NCBI GenBank assembly: GCA_965287045.1
Contig: OZ336878.1
Coordinates: forward strand, 69,316,001 to 69,380,000
DNA length: 64,000 bases
Direction: 5' to 3'
From: Carcharhinus amblyrhynchos
Taxonomy: Eukaryota
The notes below the pieces were generated by a model. It worked only from the letters and a program-made list of their open reading frames with translations, was not told where the DNA came from and made no database searches. A program made the position numbers and the translations under genes. Below are positions 13,245 through 25,977 of the stretch, piece after piece. How positions within the stretch are numbered: position 1 is the first letter of the stretch; each line of letters starts with the position of its first letter.

Positions 13245-15110
13245 AAATCAGGATGTTGAGAGGGAACTTGCAGTGTTCCCATGTATCGGCTGTTGTTGTC
13301 CTTCAAGATGTTAGCGGTCATGGGTTTGAAATGTGTCTAAGGAACCTTGGTGAGTTCCTGCAATGCTGCTTATAGAAACTACACATTGGTGGTAGAAGGA
13401 TTGACTGTTTGTGAAAGGTGTAGAATGCTAATGGGCTTCTTTGCCTGAGACAAACTTCTTGAGTGTTGTTGGAGCTGCACTGTTCCAAGCAAGCGGAGCA
13501 AGTTTTCCTGTACACCCCTGACTTGTGCCTTGTAGATGCTGGACAGACTCTGGGGAGTCAGGAGGTTGAATTACTCATCATAGGATTCCTAGCCTTTGTA
13601 CTGCTTTGGTTGCAACTGTAATTATATGGTTAGTCCAGTTCCAGTTCTGGTTAGCAGTAACCCCAAGATGTTGCTAATGGGGGATTCAGCGATGGTAATT
13701 TCATTGAATATCAAAGGGTGATGTTTAGATCCACTCTCGTTGGAGACGGTCATTGCTTGGCATTTGTAAAGTGCAAATACTACTTATCCCATGTCAGCCC
13801 AAGCCTGGATATTGCCTGCATCCTGCTGCATTTGAAATGAACTACTTCATTATCTGAGGAGTCACAAATGGTGATAAACTTTGCGGTCACCTGTGAACAT
13901 CCTCACCGGAAGGAAGGTCATTGATAAAGCAGCTGAAGATGATTAGGCCTAGGACGCTACCCTTTGGAACTCCTGCAGTGATGTCCTGGAGCTGAGATGA
14001 CTGACGTCTAACTATCACAACCATCTTCCTTTGTGTCAGGTATGACTCCAACCAGTGGAGCATTTTCTCTTTAAATTCCCATTGACTCCATTTTGCTAGA
14101 GAGCTTTGATGCTGTACTCTGTCAAATGTTACCTCGATGTCGAAGACAATCGCTTTCACCTCACCTCTGGCATTCAGCTGTTTTGTCCATGTTTAAACTA
14201 AGGCTAATGAGACAGGAGCTGAATGATCCTGCAGGAATCCAAACTGTGTCAGTGAGCATGTTAATGCTGAGTAAGTGCTGCTTGATAGTACTATTGGTGA
14301 CCCCCTTCCACCAGTCTGCTGAAGATCGAGAGTATCTGAGTGGCATGATTGGATTTCTCCTATTTCTTACATGTAGAATATGCCTAGGCAATTTTCCACA
14401 TTGCTAGCTAGATGCTAGGGCTGTAGCTGTACTGGAACAGCTTGGCTAGGGGTAGAGCTTAAGTCTTCAGTAATATTGCTTGAATATTGTCAGGGTCCAC
14501 AGCCTTTGCAGTGTCTAGTGCTTTCAGCCATTTGATATCACATGGAGTGAATCAAATTGGCTGAAGACTGACACCTATGATGCTGGGAACCTCCGGAGGA
14601 TGTTGAGATGAATTATCCACTTGACATTTGTTGCAAATGCTTCAGCCTTATCTTTTGCACTGCTATGCTGGTCTCTTCCATCGTTGAACATGGGAATATT
14701 TGTGGAGCCTTCTCCTTCAGTGAGTTGTTCAATTATCCACCACCAGTCCAAAAATGTGTGGGTTAGATGGATTAGCCATGGTAAGTGTGTGGGGTTACAG
14801 GGATAAGGTGGGGAGCAGCCTGGGTAAGATGTTCCGTTAGAGATTCGGTGTAGACTTGATGGGCTGAATGGCCTCTACTGCACTGTAGGGACTCTGATTA
14901 AACGGTGGTTATAATAGGATTGTAGAGCTTAGATCTGATTTGTTGGTTGTGAAATTTCTTTCTATTACTATTTATTACATGCTGTTTATGCTGCATGTTT
15001 ATTACATGCTGTTTATGCACGTGTGTAGTCCTGTATTATGACTTCACCAGGTTGCACCTCATTTTTAGGTATGCCCAGTGTTTTTCATGGTGTGCCCTCA
15101 TGTCACTCTT
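13245..15110 (-). mobile_element. Old LINE (CR1-clade) RT fragment interrupted by a SINE piece (~14745-14897)
   Basis: ORF 13887..14159(-) AIVFDIEVTFDRV...GVPKGSVLGLIIFSCFINDLP; similar sequence recurs at ~40580-41150. Confidence 0.8.
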
Positions 15111-15497
15111 CATGGCGTTGAATGGAACTTCTACTGTACAAGAGGAAATAGATTGTCGTCAATTTTGCCTCCCCAAAGATGCTCTGAATTTGTATTGTAA
15201 ATAATACTTTTAAGCATAAGACAGGGTTAAGTATCTGTTAACAAATGAGAATATACCCCAGTTTCTCTTGAAATAAATTGGACGAAGTGGAAAAGTATAA
15301 TTAGCACGCATAATCGTGTGTAATTATTTGATATCGAATGCAAATACTCCAGTCTCAATCCTAAAAGTCATTGCCGTTCTTGTAAGCAGTGGTTCCTTTC
15401 AGCTATGTATAAATTCTTGAATTGTTGGCCATGTTAATTGAAATTGCTGTGGGGTGTAAAGTTTAGAATAACAGGCTGATATCTGTTTACACTTTAG

Positions 15498-15584
15498 GAT
15501 TCAGGAAGGGCATCAGTGCTAGCTGCGGCACGTGAATTGCGTGGAACAGGAAGTGTTCCTGTTAATCAGAAACCAGCTCCCCAG
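15498..15584 (+). CDS. PRRC2C: PRRC2C coding exon
   Basis: ctttag|GATTCAGG...CCCCAG|gtaatt; 87 nt, symmetric phase 0, DSGRASVLAAARELRG... Confidence 0.75.
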
Positions 15585-15741
15585 GTAATTCAAACAACAA
15601 AAAAATCAGTTCAAGAAAGATTTAAGTTAACGCTGCCTCACACCTTTATTTAGTAAATCTTTTGGTAATTAGATCAATTGATGTACAAGATTAATAACTT
15701 AATCGAACAATTCTTTACTTTTCTATTCAATTAAATCATAG

Positions 15742-16458
<717 letters not shown>

Positions 16459-18481
16459 TAATTTATAAGAAATCATTTTGTAGATAGCCAGATTATTCTC
16501 TGCAGAGGGTTTGGATTCTAACTTCAAGGTTTATTTCAGCCATGTTCCAATTTTACGAGGTCACTGCCTACCTATCATTAACTTTTAGTCAGGAATATGA
16601 TGTGCAGGAGCAGTCTGACACTTAGCTCTGCTAAAAGTTTAAAAGTAGGTAATAGATTTAAAAATAATGCGTCAATCGTTCCTGCTTTATTTTGAGAACT
16701 GTTTTGTTTTTATATGTAATGCACATAGATTTTTTTCTGCCATTTTTTGTGTTTAAATGCTTTTAGAATTGTGTGTGGATTACGTATTTGATTCAGTTAG
16801 AAATTACATAGCTTGTATTTGCGGACACAAACATTGAAATATTTAGTTTTCCAATCGTTAGACATATGCTTGTGCGACTGTGCATTGAAGAAATCAAGAC
16901 AGTTTGTTGACTTTGAGGAAAGTAAGCAGTTCATTATCTGGGGAACTTGTGGGTTCTTTTGCGATGTGCTGAGTTTAATCATCATCCATTACCAAAATTG
17001 TTGCTAGAATTGTAATTTAACCTCTTTCCCTTCCATTCTGCAATCTTTTATTTGTCTTTGGAAGGGATGAAACTGTTGTATCTCAGACCTCCATGAAGTA
17101 GGCAAATTGAAGGTTTATTCTCTAGCTGTGGCAATATATCATCAGATTGGGAGATATTTCTCATCAGGCCAAATGTCTCTGCAACTGAAGGGAATGTTGT
17201 TGCCTGCTGTTAGAGCAGCACTAGTGCTCTCGCACCTAGCTACCTAGAGTAGCATTTCCAGTTTGCTTTTAAAATGCAGGGAAGTTCTACATCCTTTCTC
17301 TTCAAAGCAAATCTGGTCAGGAACAGAATAGGGTGGTCTGCACCTGGCACCCTTTCCCACTTCATAATAATAAATGCTAATGAGCTAATGTTTAGCATTA
17401 TTGCACTTGTTGCAGTAATGGCTGTGGTGGGCTGAATGCTTTGGCAGCTTCTCTTAGCTGCTCCTTGAGAAGCGTGTGTTTTACAGCATAACCTGGTGTT
17501 TGAGTCAGAATGCTTGTTAACACTAATTTTCTGACCTTGTGCTCATCCTGCTACATGTTAAAGTTGTGGTGCTTTATTTCTCTTTGTTAGTTTCCTTTGT
17601 TTCTAGTTGACCTCAGGACTTGTGCCATCCACTTGCATAGTAGTAAACAGCCAACATCAGTGCAGTCCCAATTGAAGCCTTTTGCACATCCCAGAATTTA
17701 ATTATTTCAACATTGATGCTCCACCATGCTTTCAGCTGCCGAGGCCCTAAGCTCTGGAGTTCCCTTCCTAAATATCTGTCTTCCTTTAAGGCACTTATTA
17801 AATGTAACAGTTTAGTCTTTGTCACATAGAGAGATAACATCCCATTGTGTCAAATTCTGTTCCGTGGAATTCCTGTGAAGCACCTTGGACATTACATGCA
17901 TGCATGTTATTGTTGATTCTTAGATTTTAAAATGGCTTTGTGAAGGTATTTCAGTTTGTAGCTTTACGGTAGGGTTTCCATTTTGCATTGAAGCTGTGGG
18001 CAACCGTTTAGGCAATTTACCTTCCACAGATCCCTCATCAAACACTGCCAAGAATCTAGAAGTGACCCTCAATGATACAGGCATATGGCAGTACCAACAG
18101 CACTGTACAACAGTTCTATACTTAGCTGCAGGTTTTTATTTTAATTCTTTTAATTTTATTAACTCTTCATCTATAGAGGAATTTTATGTGAATTTCATGT
18201 TTCCTTTTCATGATTCCTTTGCATTTTATATGAAGTGTAAAGTGTATCTTTTTCTTCGTGAAAACAAGAATATATGCAATCAAAATGCTCTTCTGAAAAA
18301 AGAGTTGGTTTTGGCTTCTTGAATACAACAGAGTACAAAATTGTGATTACCACCTGCCAGCCCAAATTTCCTTTAATTTTTAATGTGTACCTATTCATCA
18401 TATAAAGATAGCTTTGTTTTAACCAGGCTTGGTATTGTTACTACCCAGCAAATTAGCAATAAGATTGAATTTTTTTGACAG

Positions 18482-18654
18482 ATGATGCTTCTCAGTCTAT
18501 CAATCAATTGGACAGTACTTTCAACGAGAAGGAGGTTACTCAAGCACCAAATGACACTGATGGTGACTTGGGGTCCCAAACACGGCCTACTGTTCCCACA
18601 GGTTACTCCAAGCAATTTCAGAAGTCACTGCCACCCCGATTCCAGAGACAGCAG
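18482..18654 (+). CDS. PRRC2C: PRRC2C coding exon
   Basis: tttgacag|ATGATG...CAGCAG|gtagga; ends GYSKQFQKSLPPRFQRQQ (conserved). Confidence 0.94.
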
Positions 18655-19070
18655 GTAGGAAATAGGCTGGCTCCTTGAGTGAGCTAAGGGATTGTGGAAT
18701 TGGCTCAAAGGAAATTGATTCATCATCAGCGCACAACATCGATGTAATGTTTTTCTTAGCACAGTTAATCAGCACTTGTTAAATCAAGGGCTCTGCTCGT
18801 GCCAGGTATTAGCATGATGAGAATCAGAGTTTTAGTCTAGCACAAACCAATACTGTTGCTTGTAAGGTACCTGAAGCTTTTGTACAAATAAGTCCCAGTT
18901 TGTCTTTGAATTCTGGGGTCTCAACACAATTTCAAGTGCCTTTTTAATAACAGTTTTATGCCAGGGTCTGTGAAGTAAAGTTAGGCTGATTAATCATGAA
19001 GTCTGCAATTTGACTTGACCAGTAAGAAGTCTCACAACACCAGGTTAAAGTCCAACAGGTTTATTTGGTA

Positions 19071-19107
19071 TCACAAGCTTTCAAAGCAATGCTTCTTCAT
19101 CAGGTGA
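19071..19107 (-). ncRNA. Minimal hammerhead ribozyme motif (antisense arm)
   Basis: Reverse complement TCAC-CTGATGA-A-GAAGC(ATT)GCTTT-GAAA-GC-TT-GTGA. Confidence 0.62.
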
Positions 19108-19123
19108 TGAACGTAATCCCAAC

Positions 19124-19160
19124 TCACCTGATGAAGGAGCAGTGCTCTGAAAGCTCGTGA
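19124..19160 (+). ncRNA. Minimal type I hammerhead ribozyme motif (sense to PRRC2C pre-mRNA)
   Basis: TCAC-CTGATGA-A-GGAGC(AGT)GCTCT-GAAA-GC-TC-GTGA: intact CUGANGA and GAAA boxes, helix I TCAC/GTGA, 5-bp helix II, palindromic AGCT at helix III, UC cleavage site. Confidence 0.72.
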
Positions 19161-19516
19161 TACTAAATAAACCTGTTGGACTTTAACCTGGTGCTGTGAG
19201 ATTTCTTACTATGCTCGCCCCAGTCCAATGCTGGCATCTCTACATCTTGATTTGACCAATAAGGGTGCCTAATCTATGAAATGGAAAACTTGTACTTCTA
19301 TAAGAGGTCCATTTTTGAGGTTGGGCTGGGTAAATGATGCAACGTTTGTATGGCTGTGCTGCACCAGACATTGAACACAAGCAATTGGGAATATTCTATA
19401 TCTGTTAGTTCAAATGCAATTCTAAATGGTGCTGTCTGCTACTACTAAAATGCTTTTAAGGCATTGTAACTGTCTATACATTGGAATCTTTTGTTGAATT
19501 AATTTTGTTTTCTTAG

Positions 19517-19808
19517 GAACAGATGATGAAACAACAGCAATGGCAGCAGCAATCACCTGGCATTCATCAACAACAAACACAATCCCAGACTCCAACCCAA
19601 CCTCAAGCCCAGTCCCAGCCTCAGCCATCTGGAGCTCCTGTGCCGCCTCCACAGCATAGGCCCTTGTATCAGACTCCTTTAGCCCCACCTCATCATCAGC
19701 ACTTGGCTTCCATGGGATTTGATCCACGTTGGATTATGATGCAGTCCTACATGGATCCACGTATGATGTCTGGAAGGCCACCAATGGACATGACACAAAT
19801 GCACCCTG
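19517..19808 (+). CDS. PRRC2C: PRRC2C coding exon
   Basis: tcttag|GAACAG...CCTG|gttggt; EQMMKQQQWQQQ...MGFDPRWIMMQSYMDPRMMSGRPPMD. Confidence 0.95.
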
Positions 19809-19897
19809 GTTGGTAATTTTATAAGTAGCTATATATGATGTGATATTTTTATCTTGAACTTTAGTGTGATCATAGTTTTCTTGTTAGTGCTCTGGGA

Positions 19898-21222
19898 GCA
19901 AAGAATGGTACAGCTCAGGAGCAGGCCCTTCAGCCCACCAAGTCTGTGCCAACATAAATGCCCCTCTAATCTAATATTTTCTTGCCTCTGTGTGGTCCAT
20001 ATCCCTCTATTCCCTGCCTATTCATGTATCTATCCAGATGTCTCTTGAACATTATTATAGACTCTGCTTCCACCACCACCTCCACCAGCACATTCCATAC
20101 ATTCACCCTCTGTGTAAAAAAATTGCCCCTTCCATCTCTTTTAAACTTTCCCCTCTCTATCCGAATATTTGACCCTGGGGAAAAAGACTCTAACTATTCA
20201 CTCTATCCATGCCTGTTGTAATTTTGTGGACATCTGTCAGGTTCCCCCCTCATCCTCCAATGCTCCAATGAAAACAATCCAAGTTTGTTCAGCCTTTCTT
20301 CATAATCCACATCCTCCAAACCAGGCACATCCTCATGTAAATCTGCTGCACCCTTTCCAATGCGTTAACATCCTTCTGGCAGTATGGTGACCAGAATTGT
20401 ACACACTTCAAATGCGACCTGACCAAAGTCTTATACATTTACAACATGATTTTCCAATTCCTATACTCAGCGTCCTGACCGATGAAGGCCAGCATGACAT
20501 ATGCCTTCTTGTCCACCTGAGTTGCCACCTTCAGGGAACTATGGATCTGCATGCTTAGATCCCTTTATGCAAATATTTCTAAGGGCTCTACTTCTGCAGT
20601 AGACCCTCCAAATCGCATCACCTCATGTTTGTCTGGGTTAAATTCCATCTGCCATCTTTTGGCTCAGGTGTCCAGCTGATTTATATTCTGCTATATCCTC
20701 TGACAATCATCCTCAATATGTGCTACTCCCCCAGTTTTTGTATCATTTGCAAATTTACTAATCAGACCACCTACATTTTCCTCCAAATCATTTATATGGA
20801 GGCCCTAACATTGATCCTTGTGGAACACCATTTGTCGCAGACCTCCAGTTTGAAAAGTACCCTTCCACTACTACTCTCTACATTCTATGCCCGAGCCAGT
20901 TTTGTATCCATATTACCAGCTCACCTCAGATTTCTTATAACTTTGTCTTCTGTAACAGTCTACAGAGGAACCTTAGCGAAAACTTTACTAAAGCCCATGT
21001 GTACAACATCCACAGTCCTGTTCTGTTCAATATTTTTTGTCACTTCCTCAAAGAACTCAGTCAAGTTCCTGAGACATGATCTCCCCTTCACAAAACTATG
21101 CTGCCTATCGCCAGAAGCCTATTCTCTTCCAGATGTGAGTACATCTGACCTTAAGAATCTTCTCCAATGATTTCCCCACCACTGATGCAAGACTCATAGG
21201 CTTGTAGTTTCCCAGATTGTCA
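19898..21222 (-). mobile_element. CR1 LINE 3' fragment
   Basis: Reverse complement of RT C-terminal region (tttgcaaatttact = SKFAND on - strand) and CR1 tail starting near 19898. Confidence 0.8.
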
Positions 21223-21927
21223 ACTCGAGAGTACCTGCTGTTGCAGTGAATCATGCTGAAAAGAGTGTGCGGACTTGATGCAAGCGGGATTGAATTTAGT
21301 TTAATGCCCGTCTTATGTGATTTTAGTTGCTGAGCACTACCAGTAACTTAGCATTCTCTGTATAGAATTGGAGAATGCTTACAGCACAGATGAAAGTCAT
21401 TCAGTTCATCATGTCTGCCAGCTCCCTCCAAGAGCCTACTTTTGTTGTAGTCTTGCAACTTTCCTTTCTTCAGATACATAAAGCTGTTTGGAAAAAATGT
21501 TATACAAGAGTCAGCCAGTCACAAGCTCACCTTTTTCAAGAGAACTTTCTCAGTAACTTTCGACGTAATTGATGCCCAATAAAACATCAGCATGTTGGGC
21601 ATCAGTATATCAAAATCAAAGTTTTTTTTAAGTTTCAAAATAGAATGCAGATATTTCATATTCATCATGAAGCATCTATAGGGTACAGAATGTGAATTTA
21701 AGTAGATTAATAATAAGGCTTGACTGTTGTTTCATAAGGTAGATTAATGCTTTTCATGCCCGACATATTGTTTCTTATGATCTGTTTTTACTTCCATTTT
21801 GCTCGAATTAAACCTGTACTCTAATCTTTATAGGGATCCTACGGGTCTATGAATACCCCTTTCAGGGATCAAGCTATTGCTGTGACAGTCTGTTTGAAAA
21901 TCATTACTTCTATCTTGTGCCTAATAG

Positions 21928-22138
21928 GTATGATGCCAACAAAACTAATGAGAAGAGATCAGATGGATAATTCTGGTTCAGGGCCTGAATCATTTGACCA
22001 TCTGTCACGACCAGCCAGGGATCTCACCATTCAATCCACGGAGCCTCGATTGGTATGGAACTCAGAACCATATCCTCATTCAGAATCACAGCAAGCTACA
22101 ACGCCTCCAGTAGTGGTGGAAGAATCCAAAGATTCAAG
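21928..22138 (+). CDS. PRRC2C: PRRC2C coding exon
   Basis: aatag|GTATGATG...TCAAG|gtgggt; MMPTKLMRRDQMDNSGSGPESFDHL. Confidence 0.92.
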
Positions 22139-22236
22139 GTGGGTTTTGTGGCATGACTTCTTCGAAGATGAGTGTTGGTAAGAGTTACTTTGCTTGTTTC
22201 AAAGACCATTGATCCTTACAAGTCTGGTTCACAGAC

Positions 22237-23297
22237 TTGGTATCAATGGGTGCTATTCTGTTTGGCGGTTGGTGAGTAGTGGAGTGCTGCAGGGATCGGT
22301 GCTGGGGCCTCAGCTATTTACCATTTATATAGATGATCTGGAGGAGGGGGCTGAGTGTAGGGTAACAAAATTTGCTGATGACACAAAGATGAGTGGAAAA
22401 GCAAATTGTGTGGAGGGTGTGGAAAGTCTGCAGAGGGATCTGGATAGGCTGAGCGAGTGGGCGAGGACCTGGCAGATGAAGTATAATGTTAGCAAGTGTG
22501 AGGTTATCCACTTTGGCAGGAATAATAGTAGGAGGGATTACTATTTAAAGGGCGAAAAGCTGCAGCATGCTACGGTGCAAAGGGACCTGGGGGTCCTTGT
22601 GCACGAGTCGCAAAAACCCAGTCTGCAGGTGCAGCAGGTGATCAAGAAGGTGAATGGAATGCTGGCCTTTATAGTGAGGGGGATGGAATATAAAAGCAGG
22701 GAGGTCTTGCTGCAACTGTATAGGGTACTGGTGAGGCCGCAGCTGGAGTACTGTATGCAGTTTTGGTCGCCGCACTTGCGCAAGGATATTTTGGCCTTGG
22801 AGGGAGTGCAGAGGAGGTTCACTAGGCTGATAGCGGAGATGAGGGGGTTGGCCTATGAAGAGAGACTAAATAGACTGGGTCTGTACTCGTTGGAGCTTAG
22901 AAGGATGAGGGGGGATCTTATAGAGACGTATAAGATAATGAAAGGGTTGGATAGGGTAGAGGTAGAGAGATTCTTCCTGCTTAGAAAGGATAGCAGGACA
23001 AGAGGGCACAGCCTCAAGATGGGGGGGGGGGCCGGGGAGGGGCGCAGTTTAGAACAGAGTTGAGGAGGAACTTCTTCACTCAAGGGGTGGTGAATCTCTG
23101 GAATTCTCTGCGCATTGGGAGGCTACCTCGCTCAATATATTTAAGTCATGGGTAGATAGGTTTTTGACAGACAAGGGAATTAAGGGTTATGGGGAGAAAG
23201 CGGGAAAGTGGAACTTCAGATCAGCCATGATCTTATTGAATGGCGGGGCAGGCTCAAAGGGTTAGATGGCCTACTCCTGCTCCTGTTTCTTATGTTC
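22237..23297 (+). mobile_element. Young 5'-truncated CR1 LINE
   Basis: ORF 22194..23063: GVLQGSVLGPQLFTIYIDDL...TKFADDTK...RPQLEYCMQFWSP; ends ttcttatgttc. Confidence 0.95.
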
Positions 23298-23757
23298 ACT
23301 CTGTGGCCTGTGCTAAATTTGTTAATCTTAGCCAGACTAACAAAGTTGTTCTAATTTGATATTGTACCTTTTCCAGGGTAGGAAATATGGCCAGAAGGAA
23401 ATAAAAATCTACCTGGCTATCTGTTCCTATTTGTTATTCAATGTTGTCTGCTGATATTTTGTGTGGATACTGGATGAAGACAAAATGGGGTTCAGATACA
23501 ATACCCTGTCACATTCAGATAGCTTACTGGTGCTATTTAGGCTCACTAGCTGAGCAAGGGCTGCCTGTGCCGACCATGCATAGTGTAGCAGGAAACCTGT
23601 TACGAAATCTCGAGTTTGTGATGTATTAAGAAACTGAGGTGGTGCTTCAATGATGAATGTAATTGCTGATTTTGTGGTGCATGATTACAATGTATGTATG
23701 TTCCACTGTTCAGGCATTCTGAAACACTGATGTTTAATTGTTTTGTTATACCTTTAG

Positions 23758-25977
23758 GTCTGAGGTGACTATTGAACAAGAGAGAAAGCCTGCTTACTCC
23801 ACAGAAAAGAGGCAATTATCGCCACATTTGAATCTGTTGAACCAGGAACTTTTTAGGGAAAAGACAGAAGATGAAAAGGGGAAATTTACAAGCAAACCAC
23901 TGGAAGATATGCAACCTGTTCAGACTGACAAGGTGGCTGACACTGTGAACTTAGAATCTGTGGATTCGGCTGTGACCCGGGGCTCGCAGGAGGAACCTAC
24001 AATACAGGCAGAAACTCGAACAGTTTTAAAGAGAAGTCTATCCCACGGGTCAAACCACTCACTGAAGTTGGAGGATCAGAAGGGTGATCCTCTCCCAGTT
24101 GTAATTAAAATACAAAACCGGGCTACTGAATCAAAAGATCAGCAAGACAAACTAGAAGAAAAGTCAAAAAAAGAAAATAAAACATTTGAAGGAATAAAGA
24201 ATGAAAAACAATTTAGAAGAGAGTCCAGGTATGACACACGTTGGGGTCCTAGACCTGGATCTAGTAGGAGAGATGAAGGCTACATGAGGCCAGTGCGTCG
24301 TTCTGGCCCAATCAAAAAGCCAGTGCTAAGAGATATGAAAGAAGAACGTGAACAAAGAAAAGAAAAAGAGGAACGTCATTCCATTCCAATCAAAGGTAGT
24401 AAAGCTGCAAAAACTGAAAAGAGAGAACCATCTCAGTCAATCAAAGCTATCAAACCCGAACCTGAAAAGACTCTTCCAGATGGTTCTGCACCAGTAGTTA
24501 AAAAGGTCAGCCAGGATGTAAAGCCATTAATAGATAAAACTGAGTCACTTGCTCCTGTCATGTCAGTTAGTAAAACTATAAGCAATCAAGCTACTTCAGT
24601 CCAAACACCAAAAGATGAGAAGCAAGAGAAACCACATGTTAAAAATCAGATCTCAGAAAGGCAGCGTATTGATAATAGGTTTCCTGTCAGGCGGGATTCT
24701 GGGTTACCCCCTCGTAACTATCGAAAAGATGTTAGGGAGCAACGTGACTGGTTTCCTGACCAGGGATATAGGGGAAGAGGTCGTGGAGAGTTTTATTCCC
24801 GAGGGCGCAGCTTTAGAGGATCCTATAACGGTCGTGGGCGTGGAGGAAGAGGCCGCAGCAGAGAGTACCCTCGTTACAGGGAGCCAAGACAGAGGTCAGA
24901 ACATGTTACGAGTGTACCTTCATTTAGGCAAAGAGAAGAAAGCGAAACCCGTAGTGAAAGCTCTGATTTTGAAGAGATTCCTAAACGCCGCAGACAACAT
25001 GGCTCGGAAACAGATTCTGATACTGAAGCTCATGAAAGTGCAAGTGATACAATTTCTGACAAAGAAAATCCAACTAAAGGGAAGCGTTTGAAGAAAGAAG
25101 GTCGGCCTGAGAGCAAACCCATTCAAAAGTCCTTTAGGTCTGAAAGTAACTTCAAGATTGATAATAGATCATCAGAAAAGCCCCCCTTAAAAGAGGATGA
25201 CCCAAAGCCAAAACCTGGTTTTCTTCCTAGAGGTGAACCTTCAAGACGTGGAAGGGGAGGAATGTTTAGAGGGGGTGGTCGGGGTGCTGGAGGCCGTGGT
25301 GGTTCAAGATCTGCGCCATTGAGGAAGCCAGGGCCTTCTAATTCTATGTGGCCTCCAAGGTTAGATACTCCCAGAAGAGACGATGGGGAACTGAAAAAGA
25401 TGGACCATTTTGAAACGCTTCCTTTTGATAGGAGACATGTTAAATCAGAGCGTAAATTTGACCACAGCAGGGAACGACTTCGTAAACAAAGACCCACACG
25501 GCCACCAAGACAAGACAAGCCACCAAGATTCAGGCGTTTGAGAGAGAGAGAAGCCGCAGCTAAAGTGAATGAAACTGCTGCAAATGTAGTGACAAATGCA
25601 ACGCCTAATAGTGGTGTGCAGGAACACGCGCATTCTCTAGACGTAGCTGGGAGCAAGTCACCAGATTTGTCCAATCAAAACTCTTCTGATCAGGCTAATG
25701 AAGAGTGGGAGACTGCTTCTGAAAGCAGTGACTTCAACGAGAGGCGTGAAAGAGACGAAAAGAAAATGGTAGATGTCAACTTGCAGTCAACAAAGTCTGG
25801 AGAAAGTAGTCTCCTTCCGAAGAGGGATGCTGCAAAGAGAAGTTTTTCCAGCCAGCGTCCAGGTGCAGACCGACAGAATCGTAGAAGCAACAGTGGAACA
25901 AGCAAGCCGAACAGAAATTATTCTGGGAGCAAGAATGAAAGACGAGGTGGACTGTCGTCAAAGCCTGGTAGAAGAGG
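23758..25977 (+). CDS. PRRC2C: PRRC2C large (2220 nt) coding exon with RG/RGG-rich segments
   Basis: ctttag|GTCTGAG...AGAGG|gtacgt; within the 763-aa ORF: WGPRPGS, GPIKKPVLR, RGRGRGEFYSRGRSFRG, RQDKPPRFRRL, SPDLSNQNSSDQANEEWETASESSDF. Confidence 0.97.

Larger units (their letters stand above)
19021..19246. mobile_element. Fold-back Penelope-type non-autonomous insertion with TSD
   Basis: ~87-bp inverted arms 19021-19107 and 19124-19210, 16-nt spacer, short tail; flanked by ttgacttgacca / ttgatttgacca. Confidence 0.8.

Noticed and set aside
22194-23063. 289-aa RT ORF as a domesticated gene or novel RT system
   Set aside because: 5'-truncated CR1 with a typical tail and near-identical sibling copies; the ORF start is a TTG in flanking intron sequence
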